Positions 10,170-21,577 of a stretch of DNA of 64,000 bases are shown here, in pieces. The stretch is taken from positions 288,001-352,000 of the forward strand of contig CAWKHF010000007.1 of assembly GCA_963849325.1 (NCBI GenBank), in the 5' to 3' direction. The notes below the pieces were generated by a model, which saw only the letters and a list, made by a program, of their open reading frames with translations, searched no databases and was not told the origin of the DNA. A program made the translations under genes and the position numbers. Source of the DNA: an uncultured Planctomycetota bacterium (lineage in GTDB: Bacteria; Planctomycetota; Planctomycetia; Gemmatales; Gemmataceae). Every line of letters starts with the position of its first letter. Within the stretch, counting starts at the first letter, position 1.

Positions 10170-11216
10170 TCAAATCGGCACTTCGCTCACGGACGAACGG
10201 AGATGAAGAGTCTTTTTCAGCAAATTGTGCTCGGAATTCAGGTAGCGTACCGTGCCGCTCCGCGAGCGCATCAGCAGGGAATGCGTGACAGCCGTTGCCC
10301 CATGGACCTCGACGCCCTTGAGCAAGGGACCGTCGCTGATGCCGGTTGTGGTGAACAAGATGTCCTCGCCGCGGGCGAGGTCGCGCGAACGATAGACGGT
10401 TTCCAGCCGATCGCCCCAACCGCTTTCCCTCAGGGAGCGACGTTCGGCGTCATCGCGCGGCCAAATCTGGGCCTGCATGCCGCCGCCCAGACAACGAAGC
10501 GCTGCGGCTGCCAGAACCCCTTCCGGGGCGCCGCCGATGCCGGCGTAGAGATCGACGTTGGAACGGCGCAAGGCCGGGGCCAGCGCCGCCGCGATGTCCC
10601 CGTCGGCGATCATGCGGAGCGACGCTCCCGCGCGGCGGACTTCCTCGATGTACGGCTGATTGCGTGGGCGATCGAGGATCATCACCACCACGTCGCGGAT
10701 CTTTTTACCCAGAATTTCGGCGGTGATCCGGATTACTTTCTCCAACGGGGTCGCGACGCTGATGGGGATCGAAGGGTCGGCCACCCAGGCTTTGCGTACT
10801 TCGGGCGGGTAGGCCAGCTTCTTCATGTAAAAGGCGGGGATGTCCTGCAGGCCCGACCGGCCCTGATCATCGGGAGTGGCCGCCGCGATGCAACTGATCG
10901 AATTCGGCATCCCTTTGCTGAGGTTCGTCGTTCCGTCGATCGGATCGACGGCGATGTCGAAGCGTGGCGCACCGTCCCGCCACATGCCGAGCCGCTCGCC
11001 TCGGAAGATCCCCGGTGCCTCGTCTTTGATCCCTTCGCCGATGACCACCTCGCCGCAGATGTCCGTGATGTCGAACATACCCCGGATGGCGTCACAGGCG
11101 GCCGCGTCCGCCGCTTCCTTGTCGCCCTTGCCCATCCACTGCATGCAATTCAAGGCGGCGATTTCCGTGGCACGAAGAAAATCGAACTCGACGAGGCGTT
11201 GAATGTCGAACTCCAT
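10170..11216 (-). CDS. glpX: Class II fructose-1,6-bisphosphatase
   Basis: RATEIAA...GKGDKEAADAAA, VVIGEGIKDEAP, DIAVDPIDGT, ILDRPRN, GIGGAPEGVLAAAALRCLGG. Confidence 0.95.
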   Translation of the reverse strand: MEFDIQRLVEFDFLRATEIAALNCMQWMGKGDKEAADAAACDAIRGMFDITDICGEVVIGEGIKDEAPGIFRGERLGMWRDGAPRFDIAVDPIDGTTNLSKGMPNSISCIAAATPDDQGRSGLQDIPAFYMKKLAYPPEVRKAWVADPSIPISVATPLEKVIRITAEILGKKIRDVVVMILDRPRNQPYIEEVRRAGASLRMIADGDIAAALAPALRRSNVDLYAGIGGAPEGVLAAAALRCLGGGMQAQIWPRDDAERRSLRESGWGDRLETVYRSRDLARGEDILFTTTGISDGPLLKGVEVHGATAVTHSLLMRSRSGTVRYLNSEHNLLKKTLHLRSSVSEVPI

Positions 11217-11450
11217 GAGACCACCCCCTTCCGCGTACTGCGAACCTCGGCCGCCGGTAGGTAGACAGTATAGGAGGGCCGAAAGGAGTTTCCCGCCCCT
11301 CTCTCTTGCGTTCGGTGCCTGGGACGCCGTTTACAACCGCTTCCGTCACGGAGCCCACTCCGGCAACATGGCACGTTTATTGGAACTACGGACGGCCAGC
11401 TCCCCGAGTGGCAGGGGCTTGTCACCCCCGAATGAAACGACCGCCGTAAA

Positions 11451-11591
11451 CTCAAGCACGACATTGTGTCGGCCAACGTCCCGGTCAACCTGGCCTACCA
11501 CCACGACCGCATCGAGAAGAACGGCCTGGTCCTGCTCGCCGTCGGCCCCGAGTTCATGACATCGGCGCTGCTCCTTCGCCGTTCGGGCTGA
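11451..11591 (+). pseudogene. Possible C-terminal remnant of a FabH-like ketoacyl synthase
   Basis: Start-less frame DIVSANVPVNLAYHHDRIEKNGLVLLAVGPEFMTSALLLR* resembles the KAS III C-terminus. Confidence 0.3.
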
Positions 11592-11722
11592 CACGCTGTC
11601 GTCATCCGGCTTCCCTTCATTCAAGTTCTCGTAACGATCCGGGCTATGGACTTCGCCTCCCTCAACGATTACTTTGGAGGGCGTCTCTCCAGAACGGAGA
11701 AGTTCGCTGGGAGCCGACGATC

Positions 11723-14700
11723 ATGGCGCACGGTCCTTGTCCCCGTTGCCATTCCCTGAGCGACCGGGAGACGGTTGGTCCCATCGGGACAGGCCCCTGT
11801 CCCCTCTGCGGCTACCACGCGGCGACCTTCCAGGAGCCCGGCCGTCCGACCGAGGCGGATCGCCTCCTCGAGAACGAACACACGGTCGATCTTTGCCGAG
11901 ACGGAGAGCCGGAACCTGCTGGATCGGCCGTCTCCTCCCTGGTCTTCGGGCCTTATCGCATTCTGGGCCTGATCGGCAAGGGCGGGATGGGCATCGTCTA
12001 TCGCGTGCGCCACGAACCGACGGGTCGAGAGGCGGCGCTGAAGACCGTCCGCGCCCGCCGGCGGGAGATTTTGCACTGGTTCCGGCGTGAGATGCACGCC
12101 ATGAGCCGCATCCGTCACCGAGGCGTGGTGGCGGTCCTGGAAACCGGGCAAGCGAAGGGACAGCCCTGGTATGCAATGGAGTTGCTCCAGGGGGCGACCC
12201 TCCACAACTATTTGCAGACGGCGTGGGACCACTCCAGCCCGGAGGCCGGCCTTGGGTCCGGTTCCGTGCCCTCCTCCCGGACGCCGACCGAGCCGTTGCT
12301 CGATCCGCACCACCTCGACGGCCGCGCCGCGAGCTGGTGCGGACCACCCTCGCGGCCCATGCCCCTCACCGCCGGCGCCCTCCAGGACTTCCTGACGCTG
12401 ATCGCCCGCCTTTGCTCGGTGCTGGCCTACCTGCACGGCGAGGGCATCGTCCACCGGGATCTGAAGCCGCGCAACATCGTCGTCCGCCCGGACGGGACGC
12501 CTGTGTTGTTCGACTTCGGTCTGGCCTCCCACTTCGGTGCCGCGCGGGCGGGAGAGCTTGCAAGTCGGCGGCAAGCTCGAAGGCACGCCGGAATACATGG
12601 CCCCCGAGCAGATCCTGGGCGAGTACGTGGATGCGCGGGCCGACCTTTACGCGATCGGCTGCATCCTTTACCAGGGGGTGACGGGCCGTGTGCCCTTCCC
12701 GTCGCGGACCACGCCCGGCCACCTGGAAGCGTGTGTCCGCGACGACCCGGTCCCTCCCCGTTGTCTGGTGAAGGGCGTCCCCCATCTGCTGGAGGAGTTG
12801 ATCCTTCGCCTGCTGGTCAAGCGGCCCCGCGACCGGATCGGGCACGCCCGCGCCGTCATCGCCGTGTTGGCCCGCCTGGGCGGTGAGGTCGGCGACTGGG
12901 GGGCCGAGCCGGTCGGGCGCGACTACCTCTATCGCCCCGGTTTCGTCGGCCGCGACGAGGTGCTGGATCCCCTGGAACACCGCGTTGGCGACGGACGGGG
13001 AGGTTTCGGCCGCTGTCTCTTCCTTCGCGGGCGGAGCGGCTCCGGGAAGACACGCACCATCATGGAACTGGCCCGCCGGCTGGAACGTTCCGGCCAGACG
13101 GTGATTACCGGCGAATGCTTGCCGCTCGGCGCCGGCGGCGCCCGACGAAGGCCCCGGCGTCCGCTCGCGGCCGCTGCACCCGTTCCGGGCCTTCCTGCAA
13201 GTCGTGGCCGACGCCTGCCTCGAACGAGGAGAGGCCGAGACCGATCGGCTGCTCGGCCGCCGCGCCAAGATTCTGACGGTGTGCGAGCCGTCGCTGGACT
13301 CCCTGCCGGGGCGGCGGCGCCACGCCGACCCACCGCGACCCTCGCACGACGACGTGCGGGCGCGACTGATGGACGCGCTGGCGGAAACCCTCGCCGCCTT
13401 CGCACGCGGCACGCCGTTCGTCCTGATGCTCGACGACCTGCAATGGGCCGACGAGCTGACGTTGAACTTCCTCTCCCTGTTCCATCTCGGCACCTGGGAG
13501 GCGCCCGGCGTGGCCATCCTGGGTACCTATCGCAGTGAGGACGCCCGGGAAGTCGCGCGCGGCTGCGGCTCCGCCTTCGCGGACATCCCCACCGTGGACC
13601 TGGCACCCTTGGGGGAGGAGAGCCTCCACGACATCATCCGCGAGATGCTCGGCTCCGACGAGCCGCACGAACCATTCGTCCATCAACTCGCCCGCCGCGC
13701 GCAAGGCAATCCGTTCTTCGTGGCCGAGCTGTTGCGGGCGGCCATCGCCGAGGAGATACTCTACCGCGACGAGGACGGGCGCTGGCGCGTCCGGCTGCCT
13801 CGGGAGGCGGCGGGCGACATCCTGCCGTTGCCCGACTCGTTGACCGAGCTGATCGTCCGTCGGCTCGACGGGCTGTCGCCGTCCGCCCGCGCGATTGTGG
13901 AACTGGCCGCCGTCTTCGGCCGGGAGGTCGAGGCCGACCTGCTGGAGGGGGCCGGCCTGTTCGACGCCGACCGGATGACCGCCCTCCAGGAGTTGCTCGT
14001 GGCGCAAGTGCTGGAAGATTCCCCCAACGGCGTGTTCCGCTTTCTGCACGACAAGCTCCGCGAGGTCGTCTACTCCCAAATCCTTCCGGATCGTCGGCGT
14101 GAACTCCACCGGGTCGCCGCCGAGGCCATCGAGACCTGCTTCGCCGGCCGCGCGGACCTGCGAGCGCCATTACCCGACGCTGGCCCATCACTGGCACCAG
14201 TCGATCGGTGAGCGCGAGGCCGAGCCGGATCGGTCGGCCCGCGCGATTTTTTACCTGGAAAAGTCGGCCGTCCAGGCGACGCAAAGCGGCCTGCAACTGG
14301 AATCCGTCACGCATGGCCTGGCCGCGGCGCGGCTGCTGGGCGCCGACGTGCCCCACACGCCGGAAGCGGTCGCCGTTGCCCTGCTGGCCGAGTTGGAGAA
14401 CGTCCGCCGCTTGATGGCCGGCCGCCACCCCCTGGATCTGCTCCACCTGCCGCTTGCGGACGACCCGCGGATCGACCGGCTCATCGGCCTGCTGCAAGCG
14501 ATGCACCCGGCCGCCCACACGAGCAATCAGCACCAGCTGTCCGCCTTCCTGGCGGCCAAGAACTTGTGTCTGACCCTCGAGCACGGCCGCGGGCGCACCG
14601 CCCCTTGTGTTTACGCGCTGTTCACGATCGTGGCCCGCAACGTGTTCGAGGACAGCCGCCTGGCGGACGCCTTCAGCCGCCTGGCGATGGAAGAGGACGC

Positions 14701-15691
14701 CCGCCAAGGACACGCCCTGACGTCGATCGTCGCCTTCCTCCGTTCCTGGTTCGTCGGCCACTGGGTCGCGCCCTTCCGGGACAACCTGGAAACCTGCCGG
14801 CTCAGCATCGAGGCCGGCCGGGCCTCGGGGGAGGTCCAGTATCGCTGCTTTTGCCACGCCAACTACGTCATCTGTCTGGCCGCGTCGGGGCCGCCCCTCG
14901 CCGAGGTCATCCGGGCGGCGGAAGAGCACCTCGCCCAGATTGCCCGCCGCGTGTGGACCCCTCACTATCATTGCGTCCTGGAGCGACAATTCGCCCGCGC
15001 GCTGGCCGGCGCGACGAGGGGACCGCTCAGCCTGACGGATGACGCCTTCGACGAGGAACGCGACCTCGCTTCCGTCTGCCGCACGAATAACGCCACCCAG
15101 ATTGGCTACTACCACACCTACCGTCTCAAGCTGCATTATTACCGCGGCGAGGCGCGGCCGGCGCTCGCCTGTGCGGAGCGGGCCTTGGCGGTCCTGCCAT
15201 GCTTCCAGGGGACGCCCGGCGAGATCGATCTGATCTTTTTCCGGGCCTTGACCCTGGCGATGTTGGCCGTGGACCCGGAGGAGACGGCACGTGCTGATCA
15301 CCTCGAAGCGGCCCGAGCTTCACGGACCACGCTGGCCCGATGGTCGGCCGATTGCCCGGCCAACTTCGAGCACAAGGTTTGCCTGCTGGACGGGGAGATC
15401 GCCCGCGCCGAGGGACGCGACGGCGACGCCCTGCGTTGCTACGCCGAGGCCGCTCGCTCGGCCGACGCCTTCGGCTTCCCGCAGCACGCGGCCCTAGCCT
15501 TCGAGCGAGCCGGCCGACAACACGTCCGCGCCGGCGATAGCTCCGCTGCCAAGGCCGCTTTCCGCGCGGCGATCGCTCGTTATCGATCCTGGGGCGCCGC
15601 GACCCTGGTTGACCGCCTGAAGGTTTTCGAGCATTGCGCGATCGCCAACGCTTCGGCGACCTCATGGCCCACCAGACGCAATTCCGACTGA
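11723..15691 (+). CDS. Ser/Thr protein kinase - AAA/STAND ATPase - TPR-like protein (frameshifts near 12545, 13150-13190, 14160); C-terminus overlaps an IS remnant
   Basis: IGKGGMGIVY, HRDLKPRN, DFGLA, GTPEYMAPEQ; FVGRDE, GRSGSGKT P-loop, LDDLQWAD, GNPFFV, FLHDKLREVVY; helical C-terminus ending YRSWGA. Confidence 0.85.
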
Positions 15692-15860
15692 ATGCGTGGT
15701 GCGTCCCAGGTTGGATTTTCACGGGCCATGCGCTGAATGAGCGTCTGGATGTCCTTGGCCAGCGACGGTCTCCCGACTTGTTTCGCGCGTGACTTCCAGC
15801 GCCACCACCAGCGGAAGCCTTGCTGATGCCAGCGAACGACGGTCTGCGGCTGCACCACCA
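15645..15860 (-). mobile_element. Transposase/integrase-core IS remnant
   Basis: VQPQTVVRWHQQGFRWWWRWKSR...GRPSL..DIQTLIQRMARENPTWDAPRIQSELRLVG, the N-terminal region typical of rve-type integrase-core IS proteins. Confidence 0.8.
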
Positions 15861-16259
15861 GTACACGAGCGCTGCCTCGATGTCCTCCAACCCGATTGCT
15901 GCCACACCGGCGGTATCACGCAGATGAAGAAGATCGCCGTCCTGGGGGAAGCCTATCAAGTGCCCATCGCGCCGCACTGTACCGCCAGCCTGCTGGGCAT
16001 CGCGGCCAGTCTCCACGTCGCCTGCTCCGTGCCGCTGTTCCTCATCCACGAGTTCTACCCGGACAACAGGGGCTTCAATCCAAAGGGGTTGGTGAAGATG
16101 TCCTACGCGGTGGACAAGGACGGCTACGTCACGCTGCCCGCCGGACCAGGCCTGGGCGTGGAGATCGACGAGAAAGCCCTGGCACAAGCCGCCAAGAAGC
16201 CTCAGACGTACAAATGGCCCGGCGCGAAACTGACGGACGGCTCCATCGCGGATTATTGA
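15861..16259 (+). pseudogene. C-terminal fragment of an enolase-superfamily (mandelate racemase/galactonate dehydratase-like) enzyme
   Basis: LDVLQPDCCHTGGITQMKKIA...IAPHC...FLIHE...PGLGVEIDE; 5' part replaced by the IS remnant. Confidence 0.85.
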
Positions 16260-16397
16260 CGATTCGCAGGGAGAAGCGCCAACGCGCCTCGCAGATGTGA
16301 GCGACTCCGGACCCCTCTACAAGAGGAATCAGACCATAGCCGATTGCGACGGGGAACGGCTCCAGGAGAGTTCGTCTCAACACCGCCGGCCCCCAAC

Positions 16398-16931
16398 CTA
16401 TCTTCTCGTGAAGTCCACACGGATATGGGCGCCGGCCGTGACGCGTACTTCGCGGGTTGCCGTGACGGTTTGTCCCTGTTCCCGCCACTGGGCCCAGACC
16501 TCATAGACGTAGCGACGGCCGGCCGTCAGCGGCGGGGAGGCGAATTTGCGGACGGTCCCCTCTTGCCCCGCCACCTTCGTGCCGTTGAACGAGAGTTCGG
16601 CGTCCGCGGGCACCAACACGATGAGATGTGCCATGAGGTCGGGGGGAGGCTTCTCATCCTGGGGGATCCTGGCCAGGTGCGGAATGGAATCGTGGGACAG
16701 ATGGTAATGCCCGCCATACCTGGGACTGGAGCGATACCCGAAAGAGGGATGATAGGAGGGGAGCGAGCGGTAAGCGGGAGCAGGATTGTAGTAGCCGAAG
16801 TTCGGCAAGGCACTATGAGGGGGTTGATAGATGGGGATGGGTTGTTGGGCGCTGCTCGTTAGCGGCAGTGCCAAGAATCCACCGGTTGCAACGATCAGAA
16901 CCCTCCAGAAGGAAAACGCACGCCTGTTCAT
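16398..16931 (-). CDS. TIGR03000 planctomycete domain protein, secreted
   Basis: GGAGG RBS, signal peptide, VLVPADAELSFNG...VRKFASPPLTAGRRYVYEVWAQW...V.AG..VDF. Confidence 0.9.
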   Translation of the reverse strand: MNRRAFSFWRVLIVATGGFLALPLTSSAQQPIPIYQPPHSALPNFGYYNPAPAYRSLPSYHPSFGYRSSPRYGGHYHLSHDSIPHLARIPQDEKPPPDLMAHLIVLVPADAELSFNGTKVAGQEGTVRKFASPPLTAGRRYVYEVWAQWREQGQTVTATREVRVTAGAHIRVDFTRR

Positions 16932-16984
16932 GGTTGTCCTCCCAAACAATACTCCTTTATCTCATTATACCCTTCTTGTCCTCT

Positions 16985-17045
16985 CTCCGTATGCGAGAGG
17001 CCGGAGATGACCGTGAAATCGTCCCGAAAGTTCTTGAGCACCTCG
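16985..17045 (-). pseudogene. Very short DUF1552-like fragment
   Basis: EVLKNFRDDFTVISGLSH in an intergenic gap. Confidence 0.4.
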
Positions 17046-17172
17046 TCGTCGTGCCGTTGGCCGTCACCTTAGGCCTGGCCGACCTACGCGGGAGCTCTTG
17101 GTAATCCGCCGCGATGGCGTCGTGGTCGTGTGCCGTTGCCGAATGGAGCAGCGTCCGAACCGGGTGACGTTT

Positions 17173-18603
17173 CTACGCCATCAACTCCTTGATGATCTGA
17201 CCGCCCGTCTGGCTGAGCTGTTTGAATCGGCCTTCATGGAAATAGGTCAACTTGTTGTCATTCAGCCCGAGCAGGTGAAGGAGCGTCGCGTGCAAATCCT
17301 TGATCGGATGGACCACTTCGACGGCCCGGTCGCCCAACTCGTCCGTGGCCCCGATGACCTGTCCGGCCTTGACGCCGCCGCCGGCGAACCAGATGCTCAT
17401 GGCCTTGGCGTTGTGGTCCCGGCCGGCGCTGGTGGCTCCGCCGCGCAGACCATTATCCGGTGAACGGCCGAATTCGCCGCTCCAGATCACGAGCGTGCTA
17501 TCGAGCAGACCGAGCCGTCTCAGATCTCTTATCAGCGCGGCCATCGGCCGGTCCACGGCGCGGATGCGGGCCGCGTGCGAGCGCTCCAGGTAATCGTGCG
17601 AATCCCAGCCGCTGGCGTAAATCTGTACGAAGCGGACCCCTTTTTGCACCAATTTGCGCCCAGCAAACAGCGGCGGCCGAAGCTGTCGGTCTCCGCTTGA
17701 CCGATGCCGTACAGGGACCGGGTCTGGGCGGTTTCGCCGTGGACATCGAGGAGGCTCGGGACTTCGGATTGCATACGAAAGGCCAGCTCGTAAGCTTCCA
17801 TGCGCGCCGCCAGGTCGCTGTGGTGGGGATGCTTGTGCAAGTCGGCGGCATTCGAGCTGGGCGAGTAGATCCAGATTGGCCCGTTGCTGCTCGGCGCGGA
17901 CTCCAGCGGGCGGGTTCAAGTCGAGGATCGGCGCACCGCTCGGCCGCAGGGGAGTGCCCTGATAGGAAGCGGGAAGAAATCCGTTCGACCAGTTCGCCGT
18001 CCCTCCTTGGGGGAAGGCGACTTCCGGCAGCACCACGAACGCGGGCAGGTTCGCGGATTCCGTGCCCAGACCGTAGGTGATCCACGCGCCGACGGCGGGA
18101 TCGCCGCCGAAGCGATTGCCCGTGTTCAGGTGGTAGCAAGCGGTGGGATGATCGATCGACTCGGCGACACAACCGCGATAGACACACAGTTCATCGGCGA
18201 CGCCAGCCAGATGCAGAAAGTGCTCGCACAGGGCGATGCCTGCCTGCCCCACCTTCCGGAAGCGGAACGGACTCCGCACGTAGTAGCGCTTTCCACTGGC
18301 CATCGCCGAGGCGAATGGATCCCGGCGGACAAATTCTTTCATGTGCAGATCGTGCAGCCGGGGTTTCGGATCGAAGGTATCAATGTGGCTCGGGCCGCCT
18401 TCCATGAACAGAAAGATACAAGCCTTGGCCTTGGCCGGGTGATGCGGCGACCGCGGGACGAGCGGACCAGCCGGTTGCGGAGTCGCTGGGGCCGCCTCGC
18501 CGTGGAGCAAGGCATGGAATGCGACGGTGCCCAGCGTGGCGCCGAGTCCGTACAGGAACTCGCGGCGATGGGGCAGCCCTCGGAATGCAGACCTGGGGTT
18601 CAT
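17173..18603 (-). CDS. DUF1501 domain protein (frameshifts near 17660-17850)
   Basis: RREFL, KAKACIFLFMEGGPSHIDTFDPKP, YELAFRMQ, GWDSH, WSGEFGRSP, GRDHN, DLHATLLHLLG. Confidence 0.9.
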   Translation of the reverse strand: MNPRSAFRGLPHRREFLYGLGATLGTVAFHALLHGEAAPATPQPAGPLVPRSPHHPAKAKACIFLFMEGGPSHIDTFDPKPRLHDLHMKEFVRRDPFASAMASGKRYYVRSPFRFRKVGQAGIALCEHFLHLAGVADELCVYRGCVAESIDHPTACYHLNTGNRFGGDPAVGAWITYGLGTESANLPAFVVLPEVAFPQGGTANWSNGFLPASYQGTPLRPSGAPILDLNPPAGVRAEQQRANLDLLAQLECRRLAQASPPQRPGGAHGSLRAGLSYAIRSPEPPRCPRRNRPDPVPVRHRSSGDRQLRPPLFAGRKLVQKGVRFVQIYASGWDSHDYLERSHAARIRAVDRPMAALIRDLRRLGLLDSTLVIWSGEFGRSPDNGLRGGATSAGRDHNAKAMSIWFAGGGVKAGQVIGATDELGDRAVEVVHPIKDLHATLLHLLGLNDNKLTYFHEGRFKQLSQTGGQIIKELMA

Positions 18604-18617
18604 CGGCAAAACTCCGC

Positions 18618-21461
18618 TCAGCGCACGTAGAGGAATTCATTGGAATTGAGCAAGACCAGACAAAGATCGGCTAGCGCCGCGTTTGCGGTCCCACGTCCCA
18701 GGGCTTCACGTCGTGCCGGTAATCCCGGAGTCCGTCCAATTCTTCTTCCCATTCAAACTCCTCGCCGGTCATCTCTTCGACCATTTTGCGTTTGACGCGG
18801 GTCGGCGGCTTGTAAGGGGTTGGCGGATGGCGCTGGTGATAGTTGGTCATCTTGGCCAAGTGTTCTCGGCACAGTTGGTATTCGGCGGCGACAGGGTCGC
18901 GGCCGTAACACCATCGGAAAGCCTCTTGGATGCGTCCGTCCCTATTCTCCGCCCTTTTCTCCAGGGCGACGGCGACAGCGAGCGCGCGGTCATGAACGAA
19001 CGCGCTGTTGAACAGGGCGAACACTTGCGGCGTCACCGTGGTTTGTCCGCGGCGCTCGCAGGACACGTCGCTGCCGGGCTGGTCGAAGGCTTCCAGCATC
19101 GGCTCGGATAGGGAGCGGCGGCGGAAAACGTAAAGGGTGCGGCGATTGCGCTTCCGGGGCCGCGGCGACGGCTGATACGCCGGCGCCACGGAACCCATAA
19201 TGTGTCGCGGTTGCAGCGCCACTTCCTCGTTGATTTCGGGAAAGACACCCGGCCCGCCCATTTCGCGGTTCAACTCGCCGCTGAGCGCCAACATGCTGTC
19301 GCGGATTTCTTCCGCTTCCAGGCGACGTGGCGAAAAGTACGCCAGCCAGTCGTTCTGGGGATCGATCCGGCGCAGTGACTCGAACGTCGGAGAGCGGGCC
19401 GCTCCGCTGATAGGCCGCCGACGTCATGAGGAGTTCGTGCAGTTTCTTGAGCGACCAATCGTGTTCGATAAACCAATGGGCGAGCCAATCGAGCAATTCG
19501 GGGTGGGTGGGGCGTTGGCCCATCTTGCCGAAGTTATTCGGCGTGGCGACGATGCCTTTGCCGAAGTGATACTGCCAGACGCGATTGACGAGGACGCGCG
19601 CGGTAAAGGTGTTCTTGGGACTGGCGATCCAGTGGGCCAGCGCGAGCCGGCGTCCCCTCATCGTCGCCGGGATGGTAGGGCCAGCCGCCGGCGCTGTCGC
19701 CTCTTGGGGGCCGACGACGGCGCTGAGCACGCCCGGCGTCACCGCTTCCGCGGGTGCCTCCAGAGAGCCCCCGGGAGTATGTGGACTACCTGGACCGGGC
19801 CATCGCGTTGGGCCGGCAGCCGGTTGAGGAGTCGAGTGGAGAGGGAATGGTTCGGTGGACCGTCATAGACGGAGAAGGCGAAGGGCTGATAGCGCATCGC
19901 TTCGCGCTCAAAGTAATCCACGCGCTTCTGATAGAGCTTTTCGAGGCTCCGCTCGAAGTTACTCAGGCCAAAAAAACGCTTCTTCGGACGTTCGTCAACC
20001 GGCAGGTCGGTGACTTTGGCGACGCCGCGCTCTTTCAGATAAGCGGCGAGAGCCTCGTCGCTTTTTTGGTGCAGACCATCGAGAAAATCTCGCGCCGCTT
20101 GCAGGCGTCGTTCCGCGATGGCTCGGCCCTGGGCGAACGAGGATGTGTTCTCGTAAGACGGATACGGCGCCGGCGCTCGGCGAACTGTACAGGGGCGAAC
20201 ACGGCCTGCATTCGGTAATAATCCTTGGTGGGCACCGGGTCAAACTTGTGGTCGTGGCAACGGGCACAGCGCAGGGCTTGACCGAGGAACACCACACCGA
20301 CCTGGTGCGTCACATCGTCGAGCCATTGCTGGCGCGTCACCGCGGCGACGCTCATACCCGTGTGTTCCCAGGGTCCCATGCGCAGAAAGCCGACGGCGAT
20401 CAGCAATTCGGAACTTTGTGGATCGATTTCATCTCCTGCCAGTTGCTCGAGGAGGAAGCGGTTGTAAGGCTTGTCCCGATTGAAACTGCGAATGACGTAA
20501 TCGCGATAGCGCCAGGCGTTGGGACGCTCATAATCGTTGGCGAAGCCGCTGGTGTCGGCGTAGCGCACCACGTCGAGCCAATGCCGTGCCCACTGTTCGC
20601 CATAATGCGGGCTGCTCAAGAGCCGAGCGATCACCCGCGCAAATGCGTCCGGCGCATCGTCGCTCAAAAAAGCGTCCACTTCCTCGGGAGAGGGGGGAAG
20701 ACCAATCAGGTCGAAAGTCGCCCGGCGAAGGAGCGTCCGCTTGTCCGCGGGCGGCGCGGTTCGTGCAATGCCCTTGTCCTTCTGTTTTTGCTGGAGAAAG
20801 GCGTCGATGGGGTTCCGTGCGGCCGCTGGGTCCAAACCGCGAACCGGCACGACGGGGCGTTTCAGGGGACGATAAGCCCAGAGGTCTTTCGGTTTATACT
20901 TGCGATGGCTCCACTCCGGCGAACGTCCGCCGCTGGTGGCGACGGTCACGCCTTCCGGTGCGGAATCATCCCATCCGGTAGCGGTTTGCTGGGAAACAGT
21001 TGGCCAGGGAGCGCCGGCGGCCACCCAGGCGCGGAGGACTTCGACTTCCGCTGCCGTCAACTGGTCATTTTCCTTGGGAGGCATCGCGAGGTTCTGGTTC
21101 TGCCGCGTGATCGCGACATACAACAGACTCTTGGCGGGATCACCCGGCACGAGTGCGGGCGAGCCGCTTTGGCCCCCTTTGAGCATTCCGGCGCGCTGTG
21201 CAGGTCCAAGGCACCTTTGATTTTTTTCGCGTCCGCGCCGTGACAGGCGAAGCATTTCCGCTTCAGCAAAGGGAGGACACGTTGCTCAAAGGACAGGGCG
21301 GCGTCCTTGGGGGAAAGGGTGGCAGTCCTCGGCCGATCGCTCGGAGGATCGGCGCGGCTCCACGGGACAAGGAATCCCGCCAGCAGCGCCAGCGCCAGAG
21401 CAATCCGCGCGATGAACGGCGAGGTCAAGGTCTTCCTCATGCTCTCGGAAAGCATTTCCAT
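18618..21461 (-). CDS. PSCyt1-DUF1549-DUF1553 (PSD1) protein (multiple frameshifts)
   Basis: [73 protein letters not shown]. Confidence 0.9.
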
Positions 21462-21577
21462 GTGAACCCAGGGCTTGGCGGCAGACGACTCTGTCGACGA
21501 TTTTCCCAGATGATTCCTTCAAGATCAAGCTGGCGGAGTGGGAGACCAGAAGAAGACTGGAGAATCCCTCTGTAGTC

